From the IMG/VR virus record IMGVR_UViG_3300012662_000015, positions 15,987 through 79,986 of that record: DNA of 64,000 bases. One strand, 5' to 3'. Position numbers and translations under genes: made by a program. Positions within the stretch are counted from its first letter, which is position 1, and each line of letters begins with the position of its first letter. Under the pieces are notes generated by a model. The model did no database searches. It was not told the DNA's origin and saw nothing but the letters and a program-made list of their open reading frames with translations. This document shows positions 17,998 through 27,665 of the stretch, piece after piece. The DNA is from a virus (lineage: Duplodnaviria > Caudoviricetes).

Positions 17998-18582
17998 ATG
18001 GCGTTAAAAGGTACTATACAAAGCGTGTCGAGGATCATGAAGGTCGTCAGGCAGAAATCAGTAAGTGCCGTCGAGACGACGCTCGTGAGCGCTGTTGACA
18101 AAATGATCTCAGACATTGACAGGTACTGGTCGCTGAAATATAAAGGAGTAACAGGAAACGCCTATACGTCAGTTACAGCCGGCGTTTACTACAAAGGGAA
18201 ACTCATCCACGTGGCGAACAGCGGAGAAGGAAAGGACAAACCGACAAGAATATCACTTCGGAAAGGGCAGAAATACAACCTCCCTTCTTACTACGACGGA
18301 AACTCCGCGCTTGAAAGACCATTCGTTGGAAGAGAAGGCTACATTCAAGGTTATGGCCCTAAGCTCGGCAAGAAATATGTCGAATCAAATCACCCCGCTA
18401 AAAGGGACACATGGGCTGTGCTGATTGTAATGCCGATGCCGTATGCTGAATACCACCCCGGCCTCGTCCGAACCATGCAGGCTATCAAGGACGCTCTTCC
18501 GCAGGAGATCAACAGAAACATTGTGTATGTTCAAAACGCTCCAACGCGAAGCGCAATAGACTTTAGTGAAGTGCCATTTTAA
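17998..18582 (+). CDS. neck / tail completion protein
   Basis: Position; likely start MALKGT after the previous stop. Confidence 0.5.
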   Translation: MALKGTIQSVSRIMKVVRQKSVSAVETTLVSAVDKMISDIDRYWSLKYKGVTGNAYTSVTAGVYYKGKLIHVANSGEGKDKPTRISLRKGQKYNLPSYYDGNSALERPFVGREGYIQGYGPKLGKKYVESNHPAKRDTWAVLIVMPMPYAEYHPGLVRTMQAIKDALPQEINRNIVYVQNAPTRSAIDFSEVPF

Positions 18583-18591
18583 TGTAACAGT

Positions 18592-18999
18592 ATGGTAAAT
18601 GTAAAGAATTTATACTACTCCGTATCTGGAGCCATCAAAGGGATATGCGACAAGACGTATTACCAAGATAGGCCAACGTCGGTAGACGAACGCATTAACA
18701 GCTATGCGGTCGTCTCGCTTCCGTCAGCCATCGTCAACAATGAGATGGATCAAAGCGGCGCTTACAGAGACTTTACAACCACTGTTATCATTGAGGTGTA
18801 TGTAAGAGACAACATGTCCGCCAGCAACCCTATAGGCATCAACCTGAAAGTCATGCAGGAGAAGGTACAGTCCGTCCTTGGAAAATTCCCAATAGACACC
18901 AGTTCCGTGCTCGTCAGTAGGCCCGAGCTTGTTATGCAAGACAACGACGGCACTGGGTTTCATGTCACTCTCATACGCGCAAGGCTTAGAACGAAGTAA
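18592..18999 (+). CDS. tail terminator protein
   Basis: Position immediately before the tail tube gene. Confidence 0.55.
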   Translation: MVNVKNLYYSVSGAIKGICDKTYYQDRPTSVDERINSYAVVSLPSAIVNNEMDQSGAYRDFTTTVIIEVYVRDNMSASNPIGINLKVMQEKVQSVLGKFPIDTSSVLVSRPELVMQDNDGTGFHVTLIRARLRTK

Positions 19000-19032
19000 T
19001 AGACAAATCATTAACTTTAAAACTTTACAGAT

Positions 19033-19608
19033 ATGGCAATTACAGCAACAAAAGACTTGGTGGGCGCCTTGAAGAAGATTTTCAACGACCCCGCGACCAT
19101 CCTGTATTCGGAGAAGGCTTACGACCTCACGACGGACAAGACCCTCGCTTTCGACTACAAGCTGCCCGTCACTGTCGATACCCTCCAGGTGACGCAGGAC
19201 GATCCGACTATCAACCACTACAAGATCATCGGCATCAGCGGTGACTGGACGAGTTCCGCCACCCTTGGCGACGTTTCCATCCAAATGACCATCCCTAACG
19301 TGTCAGACGATGCGTTGAAGATGTGCTTTGGCGAAGAGAACGTGAAGGCTCTGACAGGCATCAAGATTGGCGATGGTACTTATGCCGGCAGTGGCGTCGT
19401 GTTCAAGAAGCGTAAGCTTGGCGGCACAGTGGCCGTTGTGGCTTCAAACGAGACCGATATTATGCTCATCAGCGGGACAGCCCTGTTCGCCAAACTGCTC
19501 TACGAGAACCCCGGCACGGATCCGTTCGCCATTCAGCTCAACGGAGGAATCGAGGTTGACGAGGCGCGTCCCTCAATCTCTTGGATCTCCAAGCAGGACG
19601 CAGCGTGA
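19033..19608 (+). CDS. major tail tube protein
   Basis: 191 aa, biased codon usage, followed by a hairpin and chaperone genes. Confidence 0.7.
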   Translation: MAITATKDLVGALKKIFNDPATILYSEKAYDLTTDKTLAFDYKLPVTVDTLQVTQDDPTINHYKIIGISGDWTSSATLGDVSIQMTIPNVSDDALKMCFGEENVKALTGIKIGDGTYAGSGVVFKKRKLGGTVAVVASNETDIMLISGTALFAKLLYENPGTDPFAIQLNGGIEVDEARPSISWISKQDAA

Positions 19609-19637
19609 ACGGTTCATTCATGAGAACACACTGATAA

Positions 19638-19674
19638 AGGGGCGGCAGGTTGTACAAAGCAAACCGCCGCCCTT
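19638..19674 (+). terminator. GC-rich hairpin after the tail tube gene
   Basis: GGGCGGC/GCCGCCC stem; weak U tract. Confidence 0.45.
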
Positions 19675-19694
19675 ATTCCTAATATCGAAACAAT

Positions 19695-20156
19695 ATGAAA
19701 CAAGACAACGTGAAACAGCCACGCGACAAGTTAGAGGAAGCCCTTGACGACATTTTGGAGGCCACTCCGGAAGAATATGTTTTTCGTGGGAAGAAACACA
19801 AGATGGGCTGGCTCGGGAATATGACGACAAGGAAGATGACGCATGTCATGCTCAAAGAGAAAGATGAGCATAAGCGCAACATGAAGTTGTGCGCGATTTT
19901 GCGCGTTAACAACATTTTCGCTTGGTTCAGGCCTTTCGTGTATATGGTGAAATGGCGATGGTACATGTACGTTGCAGACCTAACGGACGTGGAGGCTCTC
20001 CGTGTTGTGAACGCATCTAAAAAAAAAGTTCCGTTGGCAGCGTCCTTGATTATTACCATATTAGCGACCGCAATGATGGATACGAAGATGGCGAAGACGA
20101 AGGACGAAGCAAATGCTACCCAAGCCGCACAAGCTGGGGAGCGGCGCACTCGTTAA
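19695..20156 (+). CDS. tail assembly chaperone (G)
   Basis: Between tail tube and TMP; contains an A9 slippery run at 20019-20027. Confidence 0.7.
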   Translation: MKQDNVKQPRDKLEEALDDILEATPEEYVFRGKKHKMGWLGNMTTRKMTHVMLKEKDEHKRNMKLCAILRVNNIFAWFRPFVYMVKWRWYMYVADLTDVEALRVVNASKKKVPLAASLIITILATAMMDTKMAKTKDEANATQAAQAGERRTR

Positions 20157-20449
20157 GCGAAAAGTTCCCGTGGTTGTTTGAACGGCGGTTCTTCATCAAG
20201 GCGTATGACTACTGGTACGGATATACGAAAGCGCAAATCGAGCTAATGGCAATAGACCAACCCGTAACCGTATTCCGGAAGGATAAAAAGTGCGGAGAGA
20301 ACGGTGGCCACACGAGAGCCGAGATGAAAAAGATAGCCGAGGAGTGGGAAAAGAAACACGGAAAAGCCGGAAGGGTTTCCGAAAAAGTAAATTTGTCAGA
20401 ATTTTTATCGGGTAGCAAGGATGACGGCCCGAGCAAAACCAATATCTAA
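20021..20449 (+). CDS. tail assembly chaperone GT extension (-1 frameshift frame)
   Basis: The -1 frame is open from 20021 (after TAA 20018-20020) to 20449 and lacks a good independent start. Confidence 0.7.
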   Translation, partial: KKSSVGSVLDYYHISDRNDGYEDGEDEGRSKCYPSRTSWGAAHSLSEKFPWLFERRFFIKAYDYWYGYTKAQIELMAIDQPVTVFRKDKKCGENGGHTRAEMKKIAEEWEKKHGKAGRVSEKVNLSEFLSGSKDDGPSKTNI

Positions 20450-20461
20450 AAATCAGACGAC

Positions 20462-23400
20462 ATGGCAGGTGGAAATATGGGCGGCTTGAGTATGACGCTC
20501 ACGCTCCAATCAAGGATAGAGGAAGAGACAAGGAAGATCATCAAGGCATTGAATGATGTTGACGCTTCCGGTCAAAAGGCACAGGAAGCGATAAAGCTCA
20601 TTAGTACAGCGGCGAGTGGTATTCAGGGTGCGGAAAGTATCAACAATCTAAAGAAAGCCGCCAGAGAGCTTGGAGAACAGGCTGAAAAAGCGGACTCCAA
20701 ACTGGCCAAAAGTTTTGAATCTGCCGAGAAAGGCTTTAAAAGAATACAAGCCATAATCAGCTTCATGCAGGAGAAGCCCGGCATGACATTATTCCCAAGC
20801 GATGACAAAGGCTTAAAGAACATAGCTTCTGAAATAGAATCTTTATTCGGGAAGCTCAAGAAAGCAAGAGAGGAAATATCTTTTTACAATTCTGCTATTG
20901 GAACAGGCAGAAAGGAGTACGTCGATTTCGGCCAGCAAGGCTTGAAAGAAGCAAACGCGGAGGCGGAAAGACTTATGCGTACAATTCCCGCATTGCAGAA
21001 TGTGTATGAGACTCTAAGGGCAAGTCAAGCAAACGCGAAGGACTTAATTGGAGCAACGCCAGAAAAGCAGAGACAAGACGACATTCAGAAAAGAATGTCT
21101 GAGTATTATCGCAACCTCGAAAAGACATCCGCGAAGGAAGCCGCGCAAGCTGCGAAAGAAGCGACCCTTGCCGAGAAACAGCGCCAGCAAGAGTTGCGAA
21201 ACACAGAGCGTCGCTATGATTCTCTTGGTGACAGAGTGAGAAAATTACGGGCTTCCTACAGCAATGGAATTTCTTTAGGAGCCGATGTGAGTAAGGCGGA
21301 AGCGGAGATACATCGGCTTATTTCCGTTATGCGGTCGTTGCAGGTAATCAGTGCTAATCTAAAGTCTCCTGATTGGAAAAACTATCTTGGCGACCTTGGA
21401 AACATTGGAAGCGGCCATGATGCCACCTTGGCAAGAAGAGCTCTTGAAGACCAGCGCGCGTTAAACGCAGCGCAAGAACAGACGAACAGGAAAGCACAGG
21501 AAGGAGTTGACATTGAGAAGAAAAGGCAACAAGAAATTGCAGCGTCCGCAGCGAAAGTCCGCAACGATTTGGCTTCCGCGTTTTCAGGGGCCAACGCAGA
21601 GGCGAGAAAGATGCAGTCCATCGTTGGCGACATCAAGTCGTTGTTCCTTCAAGGAGGAATTGTCTTCGGTGCCCAGCAATTCTTTAACTCCATCGTACAG
21701 ACAGGCGGCGAAATTGTACAACAGCATATCGCTCTACGTTCCATTCTTGGCGATGTTCAAAAAGCAGACGAGCTGTTTTCTCAAACACAGCAGCTCGCAT
21801 TGCAGTCTCCGTTCAAGTTTGGCGAATTGAATCGCGACGTCAAGCAACTTGCCGCATTTGGCGTGGAGGCCGACGACCTTTACGATACCACCAAGAGACT
21901 TGCCGATATTGCTTCTGGTCTCGGCGTGTCGTTTGAACGGCTTGGCTTGGCTTACGGCCAGGTTAAGGCCAGGTCATGGCTTGACGGAAAGGAGTTGCGT
22001 CAGTTCGCTTACGCAGGTCTTCCTCTATTGCAGAAGATAACAGAGCTGTATAACCAAGAAGGCAAGAACGGTAGAAACAATTATACCGCTTCGGAAGTCA
22101 AGGGTATGATCACAAAGCGCGAGGTGAGCTTTGAGGACGTGCAAAAAGTGTTGTGGAAAATGACCGACGAAGGCGGCCAATTCTACAACATGCAGTATGT
22201 CTTGTCAGACACGCTTCTCGGACGATGGAACAAGCTCATCGACGCATGGGACATCATGCTCGGTAAGTTTGCTGACGGCAAAGGCGTTATCGGCGGAACA
22301 TTCACTTTCATCATTGACAGAGTGACTGACCTTGTGCTCGCATTGGACAAGCTTTCTCCCGTAGCCCTTGCAGTCGGCGGTATCTTTGCCGGAAAGAAGA
22401 TTTACTCAGCCATATCTTCCAAGTTCGGCATTGGCTCAAACCTTACGGCGTTGCAAGCTGAGCAACAAGCAAAGATGCGCACATACGCCATCGAGCAGCG
22501 CCAGCTCATGATAGAGGGGCAAATTAGCCGCCAGAAGATGAATCAAAATCTTTCCGAGTATAGAAGCCAGCTCAACAGCAGACTTAACGTCCGCAACGCC
22601 GTTGAGCAAGCCGCAATGGAGGGTAGGCTTAGTATGCTGAAGCTTCAGAAAGCGTACGCGGAAGGCCTTGTCACTCCTCAGTTGCTCAAGCAGCTTGTCA
22701 TCATGGGCGAAATTACAGCCAAACAACAACAAATGATCTTGAACGGCAGTAGATTCGGATTGGTGATGCAGGCGGCAGGTTCAAAGATAAAAGCGGCCTT
22801 CGCGGCCATTGGAGGGTGGTGGACTATTGGCATAGGCGCCGTCCTCGGACTTTGGACCAGCATCTCCGGCGAGATGGACGCCATCAAGCAAAAGGCGGAA
22901 AGCCTTCGCGATCCGAACTCGGAGAGGATGAAGCCCTATTACGACATTCTCTCACAAGACAAGGCGTCGAATGACGTAGAGCTCAAAAAGCAGGTTGAAT
23001 CCATGAAAGAGCTGCTCGTCAAAAGTAACGCCTATACCAAGACGATTGATGAGCAAATCACAAAAGCGAAAAGCCTCAATGAGCAATACGACATCCTTCA
23101 GCGCGGGGTTGAAAAAGCGAAGAATGTCGCAGCAGGCGATGCCGACTTAATAGCTGGCGCAATCGGTGCGAGTGGAGGCTGGCACACTGGCAACCCGTTC
23201 AATTACACCGTTACCGAGAATGTTGAAGGTATGCAGAAAGCGATGGCGGCTTACCAATTGAAACTTTCGTCTCTTGACGAGAATACGAAAAAGCACATGA
23301 ACAGTGTTGCAAATTCGTTCGTTAAAGTATCGGATAGAGGAAAGACGTTAGGGGAAAAATTCAGGATGATCGTCGAAAGCGGTGCTGAAAACTGGGGAAA

Positions 23401-26400
23401 GTTCAGTTCGAAAATGCTGGAGTGGAATAATCACATGACTAGCTCAATTTACGGCCTCTTTTACACTTCAGAAGATGTAACAGGAACCATAAAAGGTATT
23501 GCCGAAGATGACGTCCCGAGAATTATAAAATTCCTTCAGCAGAAGACTGGGCAGTACGGAGACGACTTCAAGAGACTCTGCATGGAGCAACCGGGACGTT
23601 TCAGAACGATGCTTGAAGAAATTCTCGGCTCTGCCACTGTGCTCGTGCCTGAAATAAACAAAAAGCTCCACGAGCTGACAGGTCTCACGTTCAACGGTAA
23701 AAACGCGAGCCCAGAGAGCACCCCTCTGAACTCAATTCAGAGAAGAGTGTTCGCAAACCTTGGTTTCAACAGAAAAGCTTACGACAAGCTTGCGCCATAC
23801 CTCACAGACGGCTCGTACTATGAGAGCAAGAACAATATAAAAAACGAGCTACAGGGGCTTTATAACGAGTATAAGTCAAGACTCAACGGGGGCGCTACAA
23901 AACAAGAGATTTCGTCCGCCAAAGCAAGCTATGATGCACTTTGGAACATCGCGAAGAAAGGAATCGGCTACACTTTCGTCCCGGAAGATAAGAAATCGAA
24001 CAAATCGCCTAAAGATTCCGCCAAGAACAAGGCGGATCAAGAAGCCCGTAAGGCTGACCAGGCCAGCTTGAAGTCCTTGCAAGCAAGACTAAAGCTTATC
24101 AAGGACGCTTATTCCATGTACAAGCAATATTACGACAAGCTTCATGACGAAGTGGCTGCTGCGAAGGTTGTCGCCGGCAAATTCAGAGGGCAAGGGTTAT
24201 CCAATAATGACATTACAAAGATTATGTCAGAAGATGGCCTTAGAAGCCTAATGTCCGACTATGTGGCCCGCGTCAGGAAATGGGTTCCTCGCCAAAAGTC
24301 AGAGATGAAGGACAACAAGGATTCCGCCATTGCTGAAGGCGTAAGGGAAATCAACGACATTGACTTCAGGAAGATGACGGAAGGAATGTCTGACTTTTCA
24401 TCTTCGGTTGACAAGTCTTTGAAAGAAATGGACCGCCGCTGGAAGTCCTACCAAGGCTTTCTGAAAGCAACCGGAAATCCCGCTTTTTCCGCATCCGCAT
24501 CAGGGCTTTCCTCTGACAGCAACTCCGTGTACAGGAAAGGCTTTGAAGGCCTTTACTCCGATTATCTGCGCGACTATATCAGCGGTATATCTCCTCACGT
24601 AGGCGGCATAAGCGCAGCGAAGCTAAAAACCATGTCAGACGAGGACATCAAGAAATTCTTAGGAAGCGTGTTTGCGGACAGCGATCCAAAGAAAATCGAC
24701 GGTTTGACAAGCGCCTTGAAAAAGTTGCGAGATACAATTGTTGACACTGAAATGCAGGACGCTGTCAACGCTTACATTTCAATGATAGGAAAGGCTGTTG
24801 ATGAAGCGTCTGTTGCAGGAAGAGCAAATGGCGAATACGAGACAACGAGAACCAATCTCGACAACGCGCTTTCGACGGGCATTATTGACAAGGCCTCGCA
24901 TGACGCAGCTGTACGGATAGCAGAGGCTGTCCGAGACAACGAGATATTGAAGAGCACAGCGAGTTATGCGGCTTTGTCAAGTTATGCCAACGGAATGGCC
25001 GATGACACTTTTGAGAAAGCTTATGAGGGCGCCTTAAAAAACCTCAAGCAGCAGCTCGATGCGAACACTATTTCTTCGACACAGTATGCGAGCGAGCTGA
25101 AAAAACTTGACGATATACAAAAGAAACGCGCTCGGTCTGGGATATTTGGAGGCAACTCATCCAAGGCGGAATTCCTAAAAGGCGGGCTTCCTGGCCTGCT
25201 TGGCTATTACAACGACAACGCGAATGCGCGTAGAGTGTATCTCAAGGGACAAGGCCTTTCCGCGGAAGATATAGAAAACGATGATATTGTCAAAAAAAAT
25301 ACAAAGCTCGCAAGCAATGTTGACGAACTCATCACGGAATTTGGTAGCCTTGGCAGCTGTATTGAAGCTATAAACGGAGTATTCAATGGCTTACAACAGG
25401 CGACGCAAAGCCTTTCCGAAATGTTCGATGCGCTCGGAAACGAGTATATGGCGAACTTTTTCTCTGACACAAGCGACGCTATAAGCGCCGTTGGAAGCGT
25501 GTTTTCTCCAGTAGGTGACATTGTCAAAAGTGCAACGAGCGGAGATATTGGGGGCGTTGTTTCTAACGCAATCTCTGCGCCTATCAAGATTTTCACGAAT
25601 CCGATAACCGCTTTCGCGAAGTTGCACGACAAGAAACTTGACAGGCAAATCAAGGAGCTTGAGCGTGCAAATAAAAATATTGAGAACGTCAGGAACTCAA
25701 TTGACAGAAACTTGCAAAACACGCTCGGAGGCATTTATGCGTACAGAAGCAAACAAAAGGATGCGAATGCTACCGGCTCGTTTGAGTATTACGACCAGAT
25801 GTATGCTTCATATGAGCAACAGCTTGCAAACCTTCAAGCACGCAGAGACAAAGAGGACCGCAAGAAGAAGACGGACAAGGGGCAGCTGGCTGACTACGAC
25901 GCTCAGATAGATGAGTTATCAGACAAGATCAATACCCTTGCTAAGGATATGGCAAATTCGATCTACGGCATAGACGTGAAGAGTTGGGCAAAAGAGCTTA
26001 CTGATACACTTGTTGAAGCTTGGGCTTCTGGCGAAAACGCTGCCGAAGCGTATGGAGATAAGGTTCGCGACATCATGAAGTCTGTCGCCAAGAACATGCT
26101 TTCGCAGATGTACATAGAACAGTATTTCCAGCCAATAGAAGATCTCATTGAACAGCGCATGAAAGAGCGCAAGGGCAAGCTCCTGCCGGAAGACATCGCT
26201 TCGTTTGCCCAGTCTCTTATGGATGCGTCTTCATTGGCGACAGACGCAATAGACCAGACTCTTGAATACTGGAAGTCGCATGGCTTGGATTTGTCGAACT
26301 CCAATTCAAGTAGCATGACAAGCTCTATTAAAAGCATCACGGAAAACACCGCTGATATTCTTGCGAGTTATATCAACGCCATGCGGGCTGACGTAAGCGT

Positions 26401-26602
26401 TCTTAGGCAAGTACAGGGGCTGTATCTCCCTAAGCTGGATGTGACGACGCAAGCCCAGCTGCAACAATTAACGATGATCTCAGAGAACACGTTAAGAAAT
26501 GCAGATGCGGCAGTCTCCATACAGACTTCAGTTAGCGATATGCGAGACATGATCAACAGAGCGCAGAACAACACGAAACCGTTTTATGTTTATGTCAAAT
26601 AA
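20462..26602 (+). CDS. tape measure protein
   Basis: 2046 aa, helical Ala/Lys-rich; tape-measure domain (ALQSPFKFGEL...LGLAYGQVKAR...ELRQF). Confidence 0.92.
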   Translation: MAGGNMGGLSMTLTLQSRIEEETRKIIKALNDVDASGQKAQEAIKLISTAASGIQGAESINNLKKAARELGEQAEKADSKLAKSFESAEKGFKRIQAIISFMQEKPGMTLFPSDDKGLKNIASEIESLFGKLKKAREEISFYNSAIGTGRKEYVDFGQQGLKEANAEAERLMRTIPALQNVYETLRASQANAKDLIGATPEKQRQDDIQKRMSEYYRNLEKTSAKEAAQAAKEATLAEKQRQQELRNTERRYDSLGDRVRKLRASYSNGISLGADVSKAEAEIHRLISVMRSLQVISANLKSPDWKNYLGDLGNIGSGHDATLARRALEDQRALNAAQEQTNRKAQEGVDIEKKRQQEIAASAAKVRNDLASAFSGANAEARKMQSIVGDIKSLFLQGGIVFGAQQFFNSIVQTGGEIVQQHIALRSILGDVQKADELFSQTQQLALQSPFKFGELNRDVKQLAAFGVEADDLYDTTKRLADIASGLGVSFERLGLAYGQVKARSWLDGKELRQFAYAGLPLLQKITELYNQEGKNGRNNYTASEVKGMITKREVSFEDVQKVLWKMTDEGGQFYNMQYVLSDTLLGRWNKLIDAWDIMLGKFADGKGVIGGTFTFIIDRVTDLVLALDKLSPVALAVGGIFAGKKIYSAISSKFGIGSNLTALQAEQQAKMRTYAIEQRQLMIEGQISRQKMNQNLSEYRSQLNSRLNVRNAVEQAAMEGRLSMLKLQKAYAEGLVTPQLLKQLVIMGEITAKQQQMILNGSRFGLVMQAAGSKIKAAFAAIGGWWTIGIGAVLGLWTSISGEMDAIKQKAESLRDPNSERMKPYYDILSQDKASNDVELKKQVESMKELLVKSNAYTKTIDEQITKAKSLNEQYDILQRGVEKAKNVAAGDADLIAGAIGASGGWHTGNPFNYTVTENVEGMQKAMAAYQLKLSSLDENTKKHMNSVANSFVKVSDRGKTLGEKFRMIVESGAENWGKFSSKMLEWNNHMTSSIYGLFYTSEDVTGTIKGIAEDDVPRIIKFLQQKTGQYGDDFKRLCMEQPGRFRTMLEEILGSATVLVPEINKKLHELTGLTFNGKNASPESTPLNSIQRRVFANLGFNRKAYDKLAPYLTDGSYYESKNNIKNELQGLYNEYKSRLNGGATKQEISSAKASYDALWNIAKKGIGYTFVPEDKKSNKSPKDSAKNKADQEARKADQASLKSLQARLKLIKDAYSMYKQYYDKLHDEVAAAKVVAGKFRGQGLSNNDITKIMSEDGLRSLMSDYVARVRKWVPRQKSEMKDNKDSAIAEGVREINDIDFRKMTEGMSDFSSSVDKSLKEMDRRWKSYQGFLKATGNPAFSASASGLSSDSNSVYRKGFEGLYSDYLRDYISGISPHVGGISAAKLKTMSDEDIKKFLGSVFADSDPKKIDGLTSALKKLRDTIVDTEMQDAVNAYISMIGKAVDEASVAGRANGEYETTRTNLDNALSTGIIDKASHDAAVRIAEAVRDNEILKSTASYAALSSYANGMADDTFEKAYEGALKNLKQQLDANTISSTQYASELKKLDDIQKKRARSGIFGGNSSKAEFLKGGLPGLLGYYNDNANARRVYLKGQGLSAEDIENDDIVKKNTKLASNVDELITEFGSLGSCIEAINGVFNGLQQATQSLSEMFDALGNEYMANFFSDTSDAISAVGSVFSPVGDIVKSATSGDIGGVVSNAISAPIKIFTNPITAFAKLHDKKLDRQIKELERANKNIENVRNSIDRNLQNTLGGIYAYRSKQKDANATGSFEYYDQMYASYEQQLANLQARRDKEDRKKKTDKGQLADYDAQIDELSDKINTLAKDMANSIYGIDVKSWAKELTDTLVEAWASGENAAEAYGDKVRDIMKSVAKNMLSQMYIEQYFQPIEDLIEQRMKERKGKLLPEDIASFAQSLMDASSLATDAIDQTLEYWKSHGLDLSNSNSSSMTSSIKSITENTADILASYINAMRADVSVLRQVQGLYLPKLDVTTQAQLQQLTMISENTLRNADAAVSIQTSVSDMRDMINRAQNNTKPFYVYVK

Positions 26603-27131
26603 AAAGAATAATCTTAGCGTCGCCGAGCAGATGCTTAACGACATGCTAAAAGAACGAGCCATACAATTCGGGATGTGTGACCGAGGCAAAAAAGAGTGGA
26701 GGGAGCGCAAGTCGCTCTCCTCCCTCCTTGAAATGTACGTCCAAAACATGGAGTTTATTTTGGATCATCCCGATTATGTTACTAACGAATTTCTTCTGAC
26801 ACATGCAGACGACTATACTCTGCATGATCATGGGATATATGTAAACGAACAGTTCTCTATCACCGTTCCGCCCGACTTGATTGTAAGAGGAGAATGTGAC
26901 GGAGAAGTGTTGTGCCCCTGTTTTTCCGCGCCAGAAATGTACGTATGCGACAAGAGCAATGTTGATATACATGTCTTATATAACTCAATCTCCTACATAC
27001 GCATATATGGCCATTCAAAAGTGAACATTAAGTGCGAAAAAGGTGGAAAGGCGTTTGTCTATCAATTCGGAGGTTCCGTTATTTATTCCGGAGACGGAAA
27101 AGTTTATGTTAGGGAAAGGCGGCATGAATAA
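26586..27131 (+). CDS. hypothetical protein
   Basis: 181-aa ORF between TMP and Dit. Confidence 0.7.
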   Translation: MFMSNKKNNLSVAEQMLNDMLKERAIQFGMCDRGKKEWRERKSLSSLLEMYVQNMEFILDHPDYVTNEFLLTHADDYTLHDHGIYVNEQFSITVPPDLIVRGECDGEVLCPCFSAPEMYVCDKSNVDIHVLYNSISYIRIYGHSKVNIKCEKGGKAFVYQFGGSVIYSGDGKVYVRERRHE

Positions 27132-27144
27132 TCTATACATCTTA

Positions 27145-27176
27145 ATTGCATATTTATGCAATTATTTGTATATTTG
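27145..27176 (+). promoter_or_regulatory. putative internal promoter ATTG-N20-TATATTTG
   Basis: Exact -7 element, one-mismatch -33 element, 20-nt spacing. Confidence 0.5.
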
Positions 27177-27196
27177 CCACAAATAAACGCGCTACT

Positions 27197-27652
27197 ATGA
27201 AATACTATAAGTATTACATACAGAAAGAGGCAGACGGATCGCCAGTGAAGGAAACAGCCGAAGACTTCAACATCTACGAGGTGGACAGCAAGTTTTACGG
27301 CGGGGCGTCCGCAAAGGAACTTCCCAAGAGAAACTGGAACGACGAACACGGGGACGATGAGTTCGTCCCCAGCAATCTCATGATGGAGTCTGTTTCGCAT
27401 TCCGTAAAATTTGGATATAAGGGTGACAAATACTCAGCCAACAAAGCCCTAAAGGATTTCATTGATTATCTATCAAATGGCGGATCAATGAAAATCTATG
27501 ACGAGTACAACAAGATAGGCCGTCAGCACGTGCGTTTCAGCTCCGTATCAGACGACGCTGAGCTTGTGCGAAGTGACGAAGGCGATATTCTTATATTTAC
27601 AGTCAATCTAAAAGTCAATGACCCCGTGACAGATGTAGTTCTCGGGAAGTAA
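27197..27652 (+). CDS. distal tail protein (Dit)-like
   Basis: Position after TMP; likely start MKYYKYY. Confidence 0.55.
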   Translation: MKYYKYYIQKEADGSPVKETAEDFNIYEVDSKFYGGASAKELPKRNWNDEHGDDEFVPSNLMMESVSHSVKFGYKGDKYSANKALKDFIDYLSNGGSMKIYDEYNKIGRQHVRFSSVSDDAELVRSDEGDILIFTVNLKVNDPVTDVVLGK

Positions 27653-27665
27653 CAGAAAATAAAGC

